A DNA stretch of 64,000 bases from an uncultured Actinomycetes bacterium (GTDB lineage Bacteria > Actinomycetota > Thermoleophilia > UBA2241), in NCBI GenBank assembly GCA_963725665.1, contig CAVRZA010000004.1, positions 1 through 64,000 of the forward strand, read 5' to 3'. The first letter of the stretch is position 1, and every line of letters starts with the position of its first letter. The position numbers were made by a program, and so were the translations under genes. Shown here one piece after another: positions 50,017 to 60,876 of this stretch. The notes below the pieces were generated by a model. That model was not told the DNA's origin. It saw only the letters and a list, made by a program, of their open reading frames with translations, and did no database searches.

Positions 50017-51708
50017 TTACTGCGTTCCCCCGATCATCGCGAGGCCGGGGATCCACATGTAGGCGAACGAGGCAGGAGCCCCGCTGATGCGGTTGTTCAT
50101 GAAGAGGATCTCCGCGTCCATGGCCAGGGGGATCGCGACCATATCGTTGGTGTAGATCTTCTGTGCCTCAACGATGAGGTTTGCCCGCTTCACTGGGTCA
50201 TAGGTCTGACGCGCGAGCTCAAGGTTCTTCTCCACCTGGGTGTTCCTGTAGTTGATCCAGTTGAACAGGGCGCCCTCACCGATGAAGAGTGACGTGTAGT
50301 CGAGCGGATCAGGTACGTCGAGCCAGCCGAGGGTCATGGCCATGTCGATGCCCTTGCGGTACGACGGCACGTAGAAGTAGTTCGAGAGGTCCATCGGCTG
50401 CATCTGCTTGAGGTTGATCGTCATGCCGATGTCTTTCGCTGCCTGCTGCACGATGCTGGCCAACTCGAGCTCACGTTGGTCCCCGGCGAGCACTGCCATC
50501 ACCATCGGCTTGCTGGCGCCCGTCTGGCCGGCGACGATCTGCTTGGCGCCGGCCACGTCGGGCGTGCCGCCGGGCAGTGCGTCGAACGCCTGCTTGTAGA
50601 CGCTGAGCGCCTCAGGATCCCAGGCGGTCGGCGGCGTGAGGGTCTTGTTGACGACGGCCGCCCCATTGAAGACCTTCTCGACGATGGCCGGCCTGTTGAT
50701 GGCCATGGCGAGGGCCTTGCGCAGCTGTGGGTTGCCCATGGGGCCCTTGTTGTTCGAGATGGCGATCTCGGAGACCGAGAGGCTGGGGCCGAAGTACAGC
50801 TTGCCGTTCGAGGTGGACTTGAGGGGCGGGATGCTGGTCGGCGGCACCTCGTAGGCGCCGTCGATCTCGCCCGAAAGCAAGGCGTTCGTGATCGTGCTCG
50901 TGTCGACGATGAACTTGAGAGTGACCTTCTGCACCTTGGGCTGCAGATTCGGGTCCCAGTAGCCTGGGTTGGCCTCGAGCACGATCTCGCTGCCAGACTT
51001 CCAGCTCACCAGCTTGTAGGGCCCGCTGCCCATCACGTTCGCGCCCGAGCCGTACTTGGCCTCGCCGACCTTCTGCACGTAGGCCTTCTCGACGATGCCG
51101 CCCGCGTCGGTGCCCATCTCTTTGTTGAAGAGTTCGTCGGGCTTAGCGAACTTGACGGTCATTTCCCAGGGTCCGGTCTGCGTGATGCTCTTCACGTTGC
51201 TGTAGAAGGCGATCCAGATCGATCCCGTCTCGGGGTCCATGTTGCGCTTGAGGCTGAAGATGACGTCATCGACGGTGACCGGGTTGCCGTCCCAGAACTT
51301 GGCGTCCTGGCGGATGGTGTAGACGATCGTCAATTCGTCAGGCTGCGTCCACGATTCGGCGATCCCGGGACCGAGCTTCCAGTCCGGCGAGTAGCGCACC
51401 AGCGTGTCGTGAAGCTGCGAGCTCACGAAGCAGGGGCTGTAGTCGCCCGCCTTCAGAGGATCGAGCGTGGTCGGCTCACCGAGGGTCAGGTCCCAGGTGA
51501 TCTGGTCGACCGTGCCTGTGCCCGGCGGCGTCGTGCTCTGCAGCGTGACGCCGGGCGTCGTCGCGCCCGGAGAGGGCGACGTCGCTTTCGACCCGCACCC
51601 TGCGGTCGCCGCCGTTGCCAAGAAGAGAACGACGACGACCCCTGCGATAAGGAAAGCCCGCGACGTGCACTTGTTCGGGGCCGTCCGGCCCTTCACCCTT
51701 GCGCTCAT
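50017..51708 (-). CDS. Family 5 ABC substrate-binding lipoprotein (OppA/DppA-like)
   Basis: Signal with lipobox-like TAGC; PGIAESW, KFWDGNPVTVDDVIFS, GSGPYKL. Confidence 0.9.
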   Translation of the reverse strand: MSARVKGRTAPNKCTSRAFLIAGVVVVLFLATAATAGCGSKATSPSPGATTPGVTLQSTTPPGTGTVDQITWDLTLGEPTTLDPLKAGDYSPCFVSSQLHDTLVRYSPDWKLGPGIAESWTQPDELTIVYTIRQDAKFWDGNPVTVDDVIFSLKRNMDPETGSIWIAFYSNVKSITQTGPWEMTVKFAKPDELFNKEMGTDAGGIVEKAYVQKVGEAKYGSGANVMGSGPYKLVSWKSGSEIVLEANPGYWDPNLQPKVQKVTLKFIVDTSTITNALLSGEIDGAYEVPPTSIPPLKSTSNGKLYFGPSLSVSEIAISNNKGPMGNPQLRKALAMAINRPAIVEKVFNGAAVVNKTLTPPTAWDPEALSVYKQAFDALPGGTPDVAGAKQIVAGQTGASKPMVMAVLAGDQRELELASIVQQAAKDIGMTINLKQMQPMDLSNYFYVPSYRKGIDMAMTLGWLDVPDPLDYTSLFIGEGALFNWINYRNTQVEKNLELARQTYDPVKRANLIVEAQKIYTNDMVAIPLAMDAEILFMNNRISGAPASFAYMWIPGLAMIGGTQ

Positions 51709-51821
51709 GTCCCCAAACCCCCTTGTCGGCCTCGACACCTTTAGTAGAGGAGTCTTGGCAACGGTACCTAACACATCGAGGCAGTGCAACGAGCCGCACA
51801 TGCGGCAGTAGGAAGCGGCGG

Positions 51822-52237
51822 CTAGACGATCGTCAACGTGCGTGGGAACACGGCCGGCAACTCGATCCCTTCGTCGGTCATGATCATGGTGTCAACGATG
51901 CCGCAACCTTCGTGCAGCACTCGGCCCTCTCGAGAAAGCCCATAGCGACGCCGATGTGGTGGCGCTTGCTCGCCTCCAGAATGCGGTCGACGTACTTGCC
52001 TTCACGCGGCTCGCTCTGCGACGCGAGAAGCTCCTCCCCCTTTAGGATTCCCGTGAGGTAGAGCTCGGGGAACAGGATGAGATCGGCTCCCTGGGCGGAT
52101 GCTTGACGGATGGCCTCAGCAGCCCTCTCTGAGTTGCGCTCCTTGTCACCGTCGTTGCAGCGCAACTGCGCCAGCGCGATCCTCAGGACTTCGCCGGGTT
52201 GGTCCGTGCGCGAGTCGTCGTCGACTATCGCTTGCAT
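51822..52237 (-). pseudogene. Truncated carbon-nitrogen hydrolase (nitrilase superfamily) joined to an unrelated 3' gene remnant
   Basis: RIALAQL..GADLILFPELYLTG is present, the catalytic Lys/Cys region is absent, and homology ends near 51925. Confidence 0.72.
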
Positions 52238-52311
52238 CGTGAGCCCCCTTCTGGTGAGAGACGAGCGCGGGACCGTGACACTGCGAGGTTAGACCACCTT
52301 GGCGAGCGGGG

Positions 52312-53901
52312 CTATCCAGCAACTGGCTCGCCACCCACCAACGTAAGGTCGACGGGGATACCGGGAAGCTCATCCTCGCCGAGCGCGAAAGGATCCTCCC
52401 CGAGCACGATGAGATCGCCGAGCTTCCCGCGTCCGAGGATTCCTCGGTCATCCATATGACAAGCGTAGGCCGCGTCCCGGGTGAACATGCGTAACGCCGC
52501 AGACAGGTCGATGCGTTCCTCAGGGTAGATGAGATTACCGCTTCTCGTACGGTGGGCAAGAGCACAGCGAATGGAGTGCCAAGGGTTGATCGCCTCGGGC
52601 TGGGTGCCGGTGGCGTCCGAGTTGCCCGGAGGGCGAAAACCGAGGCGATGCAGGGTAGCCAGGGGTGTAGCCGCGCTCTCCGGGGCCTGGTCGCCGTAGC
52701 TCCACGTGAATTGGGGCGTGGTTACCGGGATGATTTCCGAGCTTCTCATGCGTTTCAGCAGGTCGGGCTGCGGTTCCAGGTCGCCGACGTGCTCGATGCG
52801 GTGACGATGATCCTTCCTGGGCGACTTGGCGAGGGCGCGTTCGAACGCAGTCAGGGCCATCTCCGCGCCGTTGCGCGTGGGAGCGGTGTGGATCCACACC
52901 TGGAGATTGGCCTCGTGGCTCTTGTGGACCACCTCATCTAGCTCTTCCTGCGTCCACTTGACGTCGCTGACCTCGTTGCCGCTAAGGTCGAATCCCGCGC
53001 CGTCCACGAAGAGCTTGATGCCCCCCAGGGACAGCCATTCGTCGCCGAAACCCGTTTCGAGCCCCACGCGGAGGAGTTCGTCGATGGATCCCAGCCGCGG
53101 CACGTGCAGCCACATGCCGACGCGCACTGGCAGAGCTCTTTCACGATGGAGAAGTTGGAAGGCGTGGATACCGTCGCGCGTGAAGGGTAGCTCGGCAACT
53201 GTGGTCACCCCTCGCGAGCTCCACAGCGCGCGGGCCAAGTCCCGGATCGCATCCGCCGTGGCTTCGCAACCGTACCGAGGTAAGGGCAGCCAGTCCCAGA
53301 GCTCGGTCGCTCTCCCGCTCTCTACGTCAACGACAGACCCTTTCGGCGGCTTTGCTCTTCCGTCGAGAAGGCCGGCCTCTCGCAAGGCCAACGTGTTCAT
53401 GGTGACCGTGTGCAGTCCGGAGAAGACCACACAAGGGTGGCTCCCAACAGCGGCGTCCAGGTCGCCACGAAGGAGCGGCCGGTGTTCCTCGACGAACAGC
53501 TGCAGGGCGAAGTCTGCACGGCCCACGATCCACTGCCCGGGTGGGGTACGGCTGGCCGCGTCGGCGAGCACTCGACAGATTGCCAGAAGAGACGGGTAGG
53601 TCGATGACTGGAGTTGCAGCGCATAGGCAAGGTGCGTTGATGTCAGCTCCAAGTGGGCGTGGGCATCCACGAAGCCCGGAATTGTCACCCTCCCCGCAAG
53701 CTCGATGATGTCAGCGTCGGGGCTGGCGAGCTCTCTGACACCGGCGTCACTGCCGACGGCGACGATGCGACTCCCGCGGACCAGTAATGCCTCGGCCTCG
53801 GGCTGGTCGTCGTTCATCGTGAGCACCCGGCCACCCACGAGTAAGAGCTCCCTGTCGGCGATCGTCCCAGATCCCAAAGTACCCTCCCTTGCTGCACGCA
53901 T
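52312..53901 (-). CDS. Amidohydrolase_3 (YtcJ-like) metal-dependent hydrolase
   Basis: PGFVDAHAH, GIKLFVDG, QVWIH, RHRIEH, NSD, GKLGDLIVL; start approximate. Confidence 0.88.
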   Translation of the reverse strand: MRAAREGTLGSGTIADRELLLVGGRVLTMNDDQPEAEALLVRGSRIVAVGSDAGVRELASPDADIIELAGRVTIPGFVDAHAHLELTSTHLAYALQLQSSTYPSLLAICRVLADAASRTPPGQWIVGRADFALQLFVEEHRPLLRGDLDAAVGSHPCVVFSGLHTVTMNTLALREAGLLDGRAKPPKGSVVDVESGRATELWDWLPLPRYGCEATADAIRDLARALWSSRGVTTVAELPFTRDGIHAFQLLHRERALPVRVGMWLHVPRLGSIDELLRVGLETGFGDEWLSLGGIKLFVDGAGFDLSGNEVSDVKWTQEELDEVVHKSHEANLQVWIHTAPTRNGAEMALTAFERALAKSPRKDHRHRIEHVGDLEPQPDLLKRMRSSEIIPVTTPQFTWSYGDQAPESAATPLATLHRLGFRPPGNSDATGTQPEAINPWHSIRCALAHRTRSGNLIYPEERIDLSAALRMFTRDAAYACHMDDRGILGRGKLGDLIVLGEDPFALGEDELPGIPVDLTLVGGEPVAG

Positions 53902-54073
53902 TCGGCCGCCGACGAGCGATCGGGATCGACGCCGGCGACAGTCGAGCCGAGGCCGACGAAAACGTGCCCTCACTCTGATGCTACCATTGTGACCACGAGT
54001 TTCTTCGTGGCCGGCGGGTCATACGTGCGGGCAACGCCGGCGACGCGCGGTGTCTTCGATTCGGAGGTGGGGA

Positions 54074-55841
54074 GTGCATCTGATCGCCGACGCTCACTGG
54101 TCACTGCATCGCGCCTGGCAGATCCTCGAGAAGGAGCTGCTCACCCCGGCCCGCGAGCTGCCCACCGCCTCGCCCGAGATCCTCCCCCGTGTCACCATCG
54201 AGCGCGATGTGCCCGTGACCATGTCGGACGGGGTGCGGCTCTTCGCCGACGTCTACCTGCCCGACGGCCCGGGAGCGGCGGCGCCATTCCCCGCGGTCCT
54301 CATCCGCATGCCCTACGGCAAGCAGGAGGCCTACTGCTACATGCCCTCGCACGGCAAATACTGGGCGCGGCGGGGCTACGCCTGCGTCATCCAGGACGTG
54401 CGCGGCCGCTGGGGTTCGGAGGGCGTCTACGAGCCCTTCGTCAACGAGGCCAAGGACGGCTACGAGACCCTCGACTGGGTGGCCGCACAGCCCTGGTGCA
54501 ACGGTAAGATAGGCATGACGGGCGAGTCCTACTACGGCTACACGCAGTGGGCCGTCGCCCCTTTGGGGCACCCTAACCTCGTCTGCATCGCGCCCGGCGA
54601 CACGGCCGCCGACATCTACGCCTCCTGGGTCTTCAACAACAACGCCTTCTGTCTGCAGACGATGGGCGGCTGGGCTTACGTGATCAACGGCTCGCAAGAC
54701 GTCAACCAGTTCCGCTTCGACCCCTGGCGCCTGCCGCTGGCCGACATCCCCGCCGCGGCCGGCGGCGAGAGCAAAGCCTACTCGGAGTGGATGGCGCACC
54801 CCGCGCGCGACGCCTACTGGGACCGGATCAACGTCTGCCAGCGCTACGAGGACGTGAAGATCCCGGTCATGCACTGGGGCGGGTGGTACGACGTCTTCTT
54901 GAACGGCACCATCGACGGCTGGCGGGGCGTGCGCGAGGCGAGCCCGGAGGCGCGCGGGTACCAGTGGCTGGTGATCGGCGCCACCGACCACGAGCTCTCG
55001 CCCGAGTTCACGGGCAAGATCGGCGCCGTGCCGATCGCTGGTCACGGCTACGCCCACGATCGCGTCAAGGAGTTCATGGACCACTGGCTCAGGGGAGAGG
55101 ACAACGCCCTGACGCGTGGCGGCCGGGTGCGCTACTTCACCATCGGCCGCGACGAGTGGCGGACGGCCGACGAGTGGCCGTTGCCCGAGACCGAGTTCAG
55201 GCGCTACTACCTGCACGGAGGCGGGCGCGCCGACACGCGCGTGAGTGACGGTGTGCTGAGCACCGAGGCGCCGCTCGACGAGCCGGCCGATCGCTTCGTC
55301 TACGACCCGCGCGACCCGGTGCGCTACTGGCTGGGCAAGGACCTCTGGGAGCTCGCCAGGCACCTGGGCGATCGGCGGCCGGTCGAGCGGCGCCCGGACG
55401 TACTCGTCTACACGAGCGAGCCCGCTCGCGGCCGACCTGGAGGTGACCGGGCCCCTTTCGGTGACCCTCCAGGCCGCCACCTCGGCACGCGACACCGACT
55501 TCACGGCGGCGCTCGTCGACGTCTTCCCCGACGGCTACGCGCACCTCGTGCGCGAGGGCATCGTGCGGGCGCGCTTTCGTGAGTCAGATGCACGCGAGAG
55601 CCCGGTCGAGCCGGATGCGGTGTACGGCTACGAGATCGACCTCTGGGCGACGAGCTACGTCTTTGCCGCCGGACACCGCATCCGGCTCGAGATCTCGAGC
55701 AGCAACTTCGACCGCTACGATCGCAACCTCAACTCGGGGCGCTTCGCGCACGACGACGAGATCGTCTGGGCGCGCCAGGTCATTCACCACTCACAGCAGT
55801 ATCCGAGCTACCTCACGCTGCCGGTCATCCAGGGGCCGTGA
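54074..55841 (+). CDS. CocE/NonD family hydrolase, frameshift near 55425
   Basis: MSDGVRLFADVY, QDVRGRWGSEG, GESYYG, GGWYD; the C-terminal GHRIRLEISSSNF is in the next frame; GGAGG RBS. Confidence 0.88.
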
Positions 55842-55955
55842 CAGTCGTGCGACGGGGCCGCGGCGGTCCACGAAGCACCTCGTTTCGGATCCGTCGTTTC
55901 GTCGGGTATCCTTGTCAGCGTGGAGGGTGCGCCTGACAAGTGGGGCGTGCGACCG

Positions 55956-56783
55956 ATGCCGGAGCGTGGATGTCCGGCTGGGGAGGTCGTCGCCGGGGCC
56001 TCCCTCGATCGACGGGCGACCTACCGTTCCGCCGCAGTCGTGCGTCTTCGGCGGGGCCGTTCTCCCGTCCTCGCCTGGCAGGGCTCGCCCGCCCCGCGCG
56101 CGTACGCGCGTCGGCTCATGCTCCCGGCGGCTGCCGTCGGCCTCGTGGCTCTGGCGATCGGCGTCACCCTTCTGTGGCTGTCGTTCCGTGGCGGCGCCAT
56201 GTTCGTCTATCCGCTCGTCGGCGTGCTCGCGACTGCGCTCGGCGTGTACGGCCTGCTGGTGCGTCCCGTGCTCGTCGTTCGCGCCTGCCGCCGCGTCCGC
56301 TATCGCATCGACCAGCGGGGCGTCGAGGTGCTGTGGTCACCCGAGCGCAGGATCCTGATACCTCCCGACCGTGTGCCGCCGTTCAGTGTGCTGCCCACCG
56401 GCCGCTCTCCGGCTGCGGGCGACAAGACAGTCGCGGGCGACAAGAGCGCGGCGGGCGACAAGACCGCGGCGGGCGACTCTGCGAACGACCCGACGGCCGA
56501 TCCGGCGGGTGATCACACGTCAAAGGCCCTCACCGACGTGCTCTTCGCCGGCCGCCCGCCATGGGTCAGCCCCTGGGGCGCCTGGCGCATCGTCGACGAT
56601 ACGTGGGGCCTCGTCGGCCTCGTGCGTCCCGACGAGGCCATCGCCGCCCTCGAGCAGCTCCGGGCGGCGAGCCCGACGCCGACGGCCTGGGCCGTCGGCG
56701 TCGCGACGCCACCCTTCGACCACGTCTTTGTGCCTTGGCTCACGCATCTCCTTCGTCGTCTTCTGCCCTGGCGCGAGAGGTGA
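55956..56783 (+). CDS. Hypothetical two-TM membrane protein (PH-like YRID motif) with a short repeat linker
   Basis: VLAWQGSP, two TM helices, RVRYRIDQRGV; start uncertain. Confidence 0.55.
   Translation: MPERGCPAGEVVAGASLDRRATYRSAAVVRLRRGRSPVLAWQGSPAPRAYARRLMLPAAAVGLVALAIGVTLLWLSFRGGAMFVYPLVGVLATALGVYGLLVRPVLVVRACRRVRYRIDQRGVEVLWSPERRILIPPDRVPPFSVLPTGRSPAAGDKTVAGDKSAAGDKTAAGDSANDPTADPAGDHTSKALTDVLFAGRPPWVSPWGAWRIVDDTWGLVGLVRPDEAIAALEQLRAASPTPTAWAVGVATPPFDHVFVPWLTHLLRRLLPWRER
56412..56477 (+). repeat. 18-bp in-frame tandem repeat (about 3.7 copies; xAGDKT/S)
   Basis: GCGGGCGACAAGA recurs with period 18. Confidence 0.8.
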
Positions 56784-56792
56784 GCGCACCTC

Positions 56793-58246
56793 CTACGCCC
56801 GCCGGGTGTCGTCGGCGACAAGCGGCGGCGCGTCCAGCGGGCAGCTGAAGCCGGCAAGCTTCCTCAAGACACAGACGCTCTCCATGGTCGCAAAGGCCGC
56901 CACACCGCCGGCCGCACACAAGGCGGCGGCGAGCCACATGGCGTGCTTGTACCCGGTGGCGAACGTCGTCGGCTCCAGATAGGCGGCGCCGGTCAGCCCC
57001 ACGGCTACCGGCAGTGCCGCTACCGCGATGACTCCCGCCGCGCGCGCGGCGGTGTTATTGATCGCCGACGCCAGCCCGGCGTGTTCCCCGGGAGCCGCGG
57101 CGAGCACGGCGGCGGTCAGCGGTGAAACGGTCAGGGCCAGGCCCAATGAGAAGACCGTCACCGCCGGCAGGAACGCCGTCACATAGCCGCTGCCGTCCTG
57201 GATCAGGGAGAGCAGGATGAGCCCGGCCGCGGCCAGGAGCGGGCCGGCCGTCATGGGCAGGCGTGGGCCGACGCGCTGCGAGAGGCGTCCGGCCCAGGGC
57301 GAGAGCACCAGCATGACGGCCGTGATCGGCAGCAGCGCGATACCGGCCTCGAGTGGCGAGTAGCCGAGAACCTGCTGAAGCTGGAGCGGGATGAGGAAGA
57401 GGGTCCCGTACACGGCGGCGTAGATGAGCAGGGTCGCGGCGTTGGCGCCGGCGAACTGCCGCGAGCGGAAGATCGACAGCGGCAGCATGGGGTGCTGCAG
57501 GCGCGACTCGAGGGTTAGGAAGCCCAACAGTGCGGCGGCGGCGGTCACGAACGCGGCGACGACGAGGGTCGAAGACCACCCCTAGCCGGCCCCTCGATGA
57601 CGCCGAAGACCAGAGAACCCAACCCGATCGCCGCGAGCGCCGCTCCCCAGGTGTCGAGACGTCCTGCCGCAGAGTCATCCCGCGTCTCGGGCACGTGTCG
57701 CAGCGAGATCCACACCACAGCCAGCACGAGCGGCAGGTTGATGAGGAAGATGAGGCGCCACGACACGGCTTGGATGAAGTAGCCGCCCACGAACGGGCCC
57801 AGCGCCGTCGCGACACCCGCGAGCCCCGACCAGAGGCCGATCGCCGGCGCGCGATCCTCGCGACGGAACGTCGCCTGCAGGATCGCCAGGCTGCCCGGCA
57901 CCAGGAGGGCGGCTCCGACTCCCTGTAGGGCTCGCGCCGCGATCAAGATCCAGATCGACGGTGCGAGCCCGCAGAGCAGCGAGGCCGCGGCGAACCACAC
58001 GACGCCGATGACGAATATGCGGCGACGACCGTGCCGGTCGCCGAGCGAGCCGCCGACGAGCAAGAACGCCGAGAGGGTCAAGGCGTAGGCGGTGATCGTC
58101 CACTGCAGGGCCGCCATCCCCGCCCCAAACTCGCGGCCGATGGCGGGCAGGGCGACGTTCACCACCGTCCCGTCGATCATGACGATGCCCGAGCCAAGGA
58201 CCGTGGCGACGACGACCCAGCGCCCGGCCGCGCTCTTGAGACTCAA
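56793..58246 (-). CDS. MFS transporter, DHA2 family, frameshift(s) near 57545-57590
   Basis: IDGTVVNVALP, GGSLGDRHGRRR, WRLIFLINLP; the 3' half HPMLPLSIFRSRQF is in another frame. Confidence 0.87.
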
Positions 58247-58536
58247 TCGCAGTCGATGCCTCGCCCGTCGCGGTCCCGGCCATCGCTACTTCGCCGTCCG
58301 CTGCCGGCGACCTGGTGGGCACCGGTTCGCTTGCCACCCGCCTACCTCCCAGATCCTGGTGCTCGGGCGTCTCGGGACGCCGCGCGGCTACCGCCTGCGG
58401 CTCCCGCCGCCCAAGGACTGCTATGCCCGCAGACAGGCGCGGGTGACCGTTGGCGGACGGCGCGTGACCCCAGACGTCTCTGCGGCCTCGGGAATCATCG
58501 GTGGTCGTATGGCGCCGCGCGTGGTAAATAGCCTCC

Positions 58537-59334
58537 ATGGACCGGCTTCGCTTTGGCACGTACCTGGCGCCTAACATACTGCCGGTGTACCGGGCGGTCG
58601 CCGAAGAGGTTGGGCGACGGCTGGGGATCGCCACAGAGCTCGTGGTAGAGACCGACTACGAAAGCTGCGCCCGAGACGAGAATGAAGTCTGCTTCGTGTG
58701 CAGCCTGCCCTACGTGGAGTTCGAGCGTCGCGGCATCTCTCCGGCCGTTCCGATCGCTGCGCCGGTCCTCATGGGCGACCGCTACGGCGACAGACCGATC
58801 TACTTCTCGGACGTCATCGTCCACCGTGACAGCCCCTTGCAGCGGTTCCTGGACTTGCGCGGTCGGTCCTGGGCCTACAACGAGCCGCTGTCGCACTCGG
58901 GCTACGGAGTCGTGCGCTATCACCTGGTGGAGCTGGGGGAGACGCGCGGGTTCTTCGGCGAAGTCGTCGACGCCGGCTTTCATGAGGAGTCGGTACGAAT
59001 GGTCGCCGACCGCAGGGTCGATGCCTCCGCCATCGACTCTCAGGTGCTGGAGGTGGCCATGCGCGACGATGCGTCTCTGGTCGAGTCGCTGCGCGTCATC
59101 GACACTCTTGGTCCGTCCACGATCCAGCCCGTCGCTGCGTCGAAGCGACTGCCACTCGAACTGCGTGACCGCATCCAGAGGATCCTGATCTCCCTGCATG
59201 AGGATAGCGATGTGCGGCAGCGCCTCGCCTGGGGGCTTGTGAAGCGGTTCGTGCCGGTGGGTCCCTCGTCCTATGACGATATTCGCATGATGCTGCAGGC
59301 CTGCGAGGCCGCCGGGTTCATGCGCATCCGCTGA
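58537..59334 (+). CDS. PhnD/SsuA-like substrate-binding-fold protein lacking a signal peptide
   Basis: FVCSLPYV, PIYFSDVIV, WAYNEPLSHSGY, HEESVRMV..DASAIDS; no N-terminal hydrophobic signal. Confidence 0.8.
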   Translation: MDRLRFGTYLAPNILPVYRAVAEEVGRRLGIATELVVETDYESCARDENEVCFVCSLPYVEFERRGISPAVPIAAPVLMGDRYGDRPIYFSDVIVHRDSPLQRFLDLRGRSWAYNEPLSHSGYGVVRYHLVELGETRGFFGEVVDAGFHEESVRMVADRRVDASAIDSQVLEVAMRDDASLVESLRVIDTLGPSTIQPVAASKRLPLELRDRIQRILISLHEDSDVRQRLAWGLVKRFVPVGPSSYDDIRMMLQACEAAGFMRIR

Positions 59335-59408
59335 CTGTCTGGCGCCGCCCCGCCCGGGGTACACAACTCCTCAGTGGGCCACGTACTACGACCCTGGGGA
59401 GGCGTGAA

Positions 59409-60440
59409 GTGAAAGCGGCGCGGCTGCATTCTTACGGCGACGATTGGCTCTACCTCGACGAGGTGCCCGACCCCCAGATCGCCGGTCCTCACGACGTGAT
59501 CGTCCGCATCGGCGGAGCCGGCGTCTGCCGCACCGACCTGCACGTTATGGAGGGCATCTGGCGAGGCATCCAGGACCCGCGACTGCCCTACACGCTCGGG
59601 CACGAGAACGCGGGGTGGGTCGAGGAGGTAGGCTCGTCGGTCACCACGCTGCGGCCGGGCGACGCCGTCATCGTGCACCCGCTGATGACCGACGGGGTCT
59701 GCCCCGCCTGCCGCAGAGGCGAGGACATGCACTGTGAGCACGGCAAGTTCCCGGGCCTCAACGTCGATGGCGGCTTTGCGCACTACCTCAAGACCGTCGA
59801 GCGCTCGACCCTCAAGCTCGAGGAGGGTCTCGCGCCCAAAGATGTCGCCGCCTACGCCGACGCCGGCTTGACCGCCTACCGCGCGGTGAAGAAGGCGACG
59901 GGCGTGCTGCCGCCGGGGGCCCGTTGCGCCGTCATCGGCATCGGCGGCCTCGGACACATCGGAGTCCAGTGCCTGAGGGCCATGAGCGGCGCCGAGATCA
60001 TCGCCGTCGACGTCTCCGATGAGGCCCTGCAGCTGGCCAAGCGCATGGGCGCCGACAGCGTGGTGAAGGCCGGCGAGGACGCCGTCGCTCACGTTCGCGA
60101 GCTCACCGGCGGAAGGGGAGTAGAGGCCGTGCTCGACTTCGTGGGCGAGCTGGGCACGACGGCGCAGGGCCCGGCGATGCTCGCGGTGGGCGGGACGTAC
60201 TTCGTCATCGGCTACGGCGGCCGCGTCGAGCTCCCTGCCATCGAGATCATCTCGCGCGAGATCAGCGTGGTCGGCAGCCTCGTGGGCAGCTTCACAGAGC
60301 TAGCCGAGCTCATGGCCCTGGCCGCTCGCGGCAAGGTCAAGCTCGAGACACGGGACTACAGCCTCGACGACGTCAATGAGGCGCTGGCCGACCTGCGGGA
60401 CGGCCGCCTTCATGGCCGCGCCGTGCTTGTGCCGGCGTGA
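59409..60440 (+). CDS. Zn-dependent NAD(P) alcohol dehydrogenase
   Basis: GVCRTDLH, LGHENAG, DGVCPACRRGEDMHC, GIGGLG; GGAGG RBS. Confidence 0.92.
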   Translation: MKAARLHSYGDDWLYLDEVPDPQIAGPHDVIVRIGGAGVCRTDLHVMEGIWRGIQDPRLPYTLGHENAGWVEEVGSSVTTLRPGDAVIVHPLMTDGVCPACRRGEDMHCEHGKFPGLNVDGGFAHYLKTVERSTLKLEEGLAPKDVAAYADAGLTAYRAVKKATGVLPPGARCAVIGIGGLGHIGVQCLRAMSGAEIIAVDVSDEALQLAKRMGADSVVKAGEDAVAHVRELTGGRGVEAVLDFVGELGTTAQGPAMLAVGGTYFVIGYGGRVELPAIEIISREISVVGSLVGSFTELAELMALAARGKVKLETRDYSLDDVNEALADLRDGRLHGRAVLVPA

Positions 60441-60495
60441 GCACGGCGCGAAGCAAGGCTCAAACGACCAACCTACGCATCGAAGGAGGAGTGAC

Positions 60496-60846
60496 ATGAG
60501 CAACCAGCGCACCCCGGAGGAAGTGTTCGCGCACCACGGCCAAGTCTTGGGGGCCGGCGACATCGAGGGCATCGTCAGCGACTACTCCGACGACGCCATC
60601 TTCATCAGCCCCGATGGTATCTTGCGCGGCAAGGAGGGTGTCCGGCAGGCGTTCGTGAAGCTCGTCGGCGACGTGCCCAACGCGCAGTGGAAGCTCGACA
60701 CCAAGTTCGTCGACGACATCTTGTTCCTCGAGTGGTCGGCGGAGTCGGCACACACGCGCGTAGAGGACGGCATCGACACGTTCGTCTTTCGCGACGGCCT
60801 GATCCGGGTGCAGACCGTGCGCTACACGCTGCAGCGCAAGGACTGA
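60496..60846 (+). CDS. SnoaL-like / NTF2 family protein
   Basis: GDIEGIVSDYSDDAIF..GKEGVR..LEW..GIDTFVFRDGLIRVQT; AAGGAGG RBS. Confidence 0.85.
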   Translation: MSNQRTPEEVFAHHGQVLGAGDIEGIVSDYSDDAIFISPDGILRGKEGVRQAFVKLVGDVPNAQWKLDTKFVDDILFLEWSAESAHTRVEDGIDTFVFRDGLIRVQTVRYTLQRKD

Positions 60847-60876
60847 AGCGCGCAGTTCGGGCGGCACGAGGCGGCC

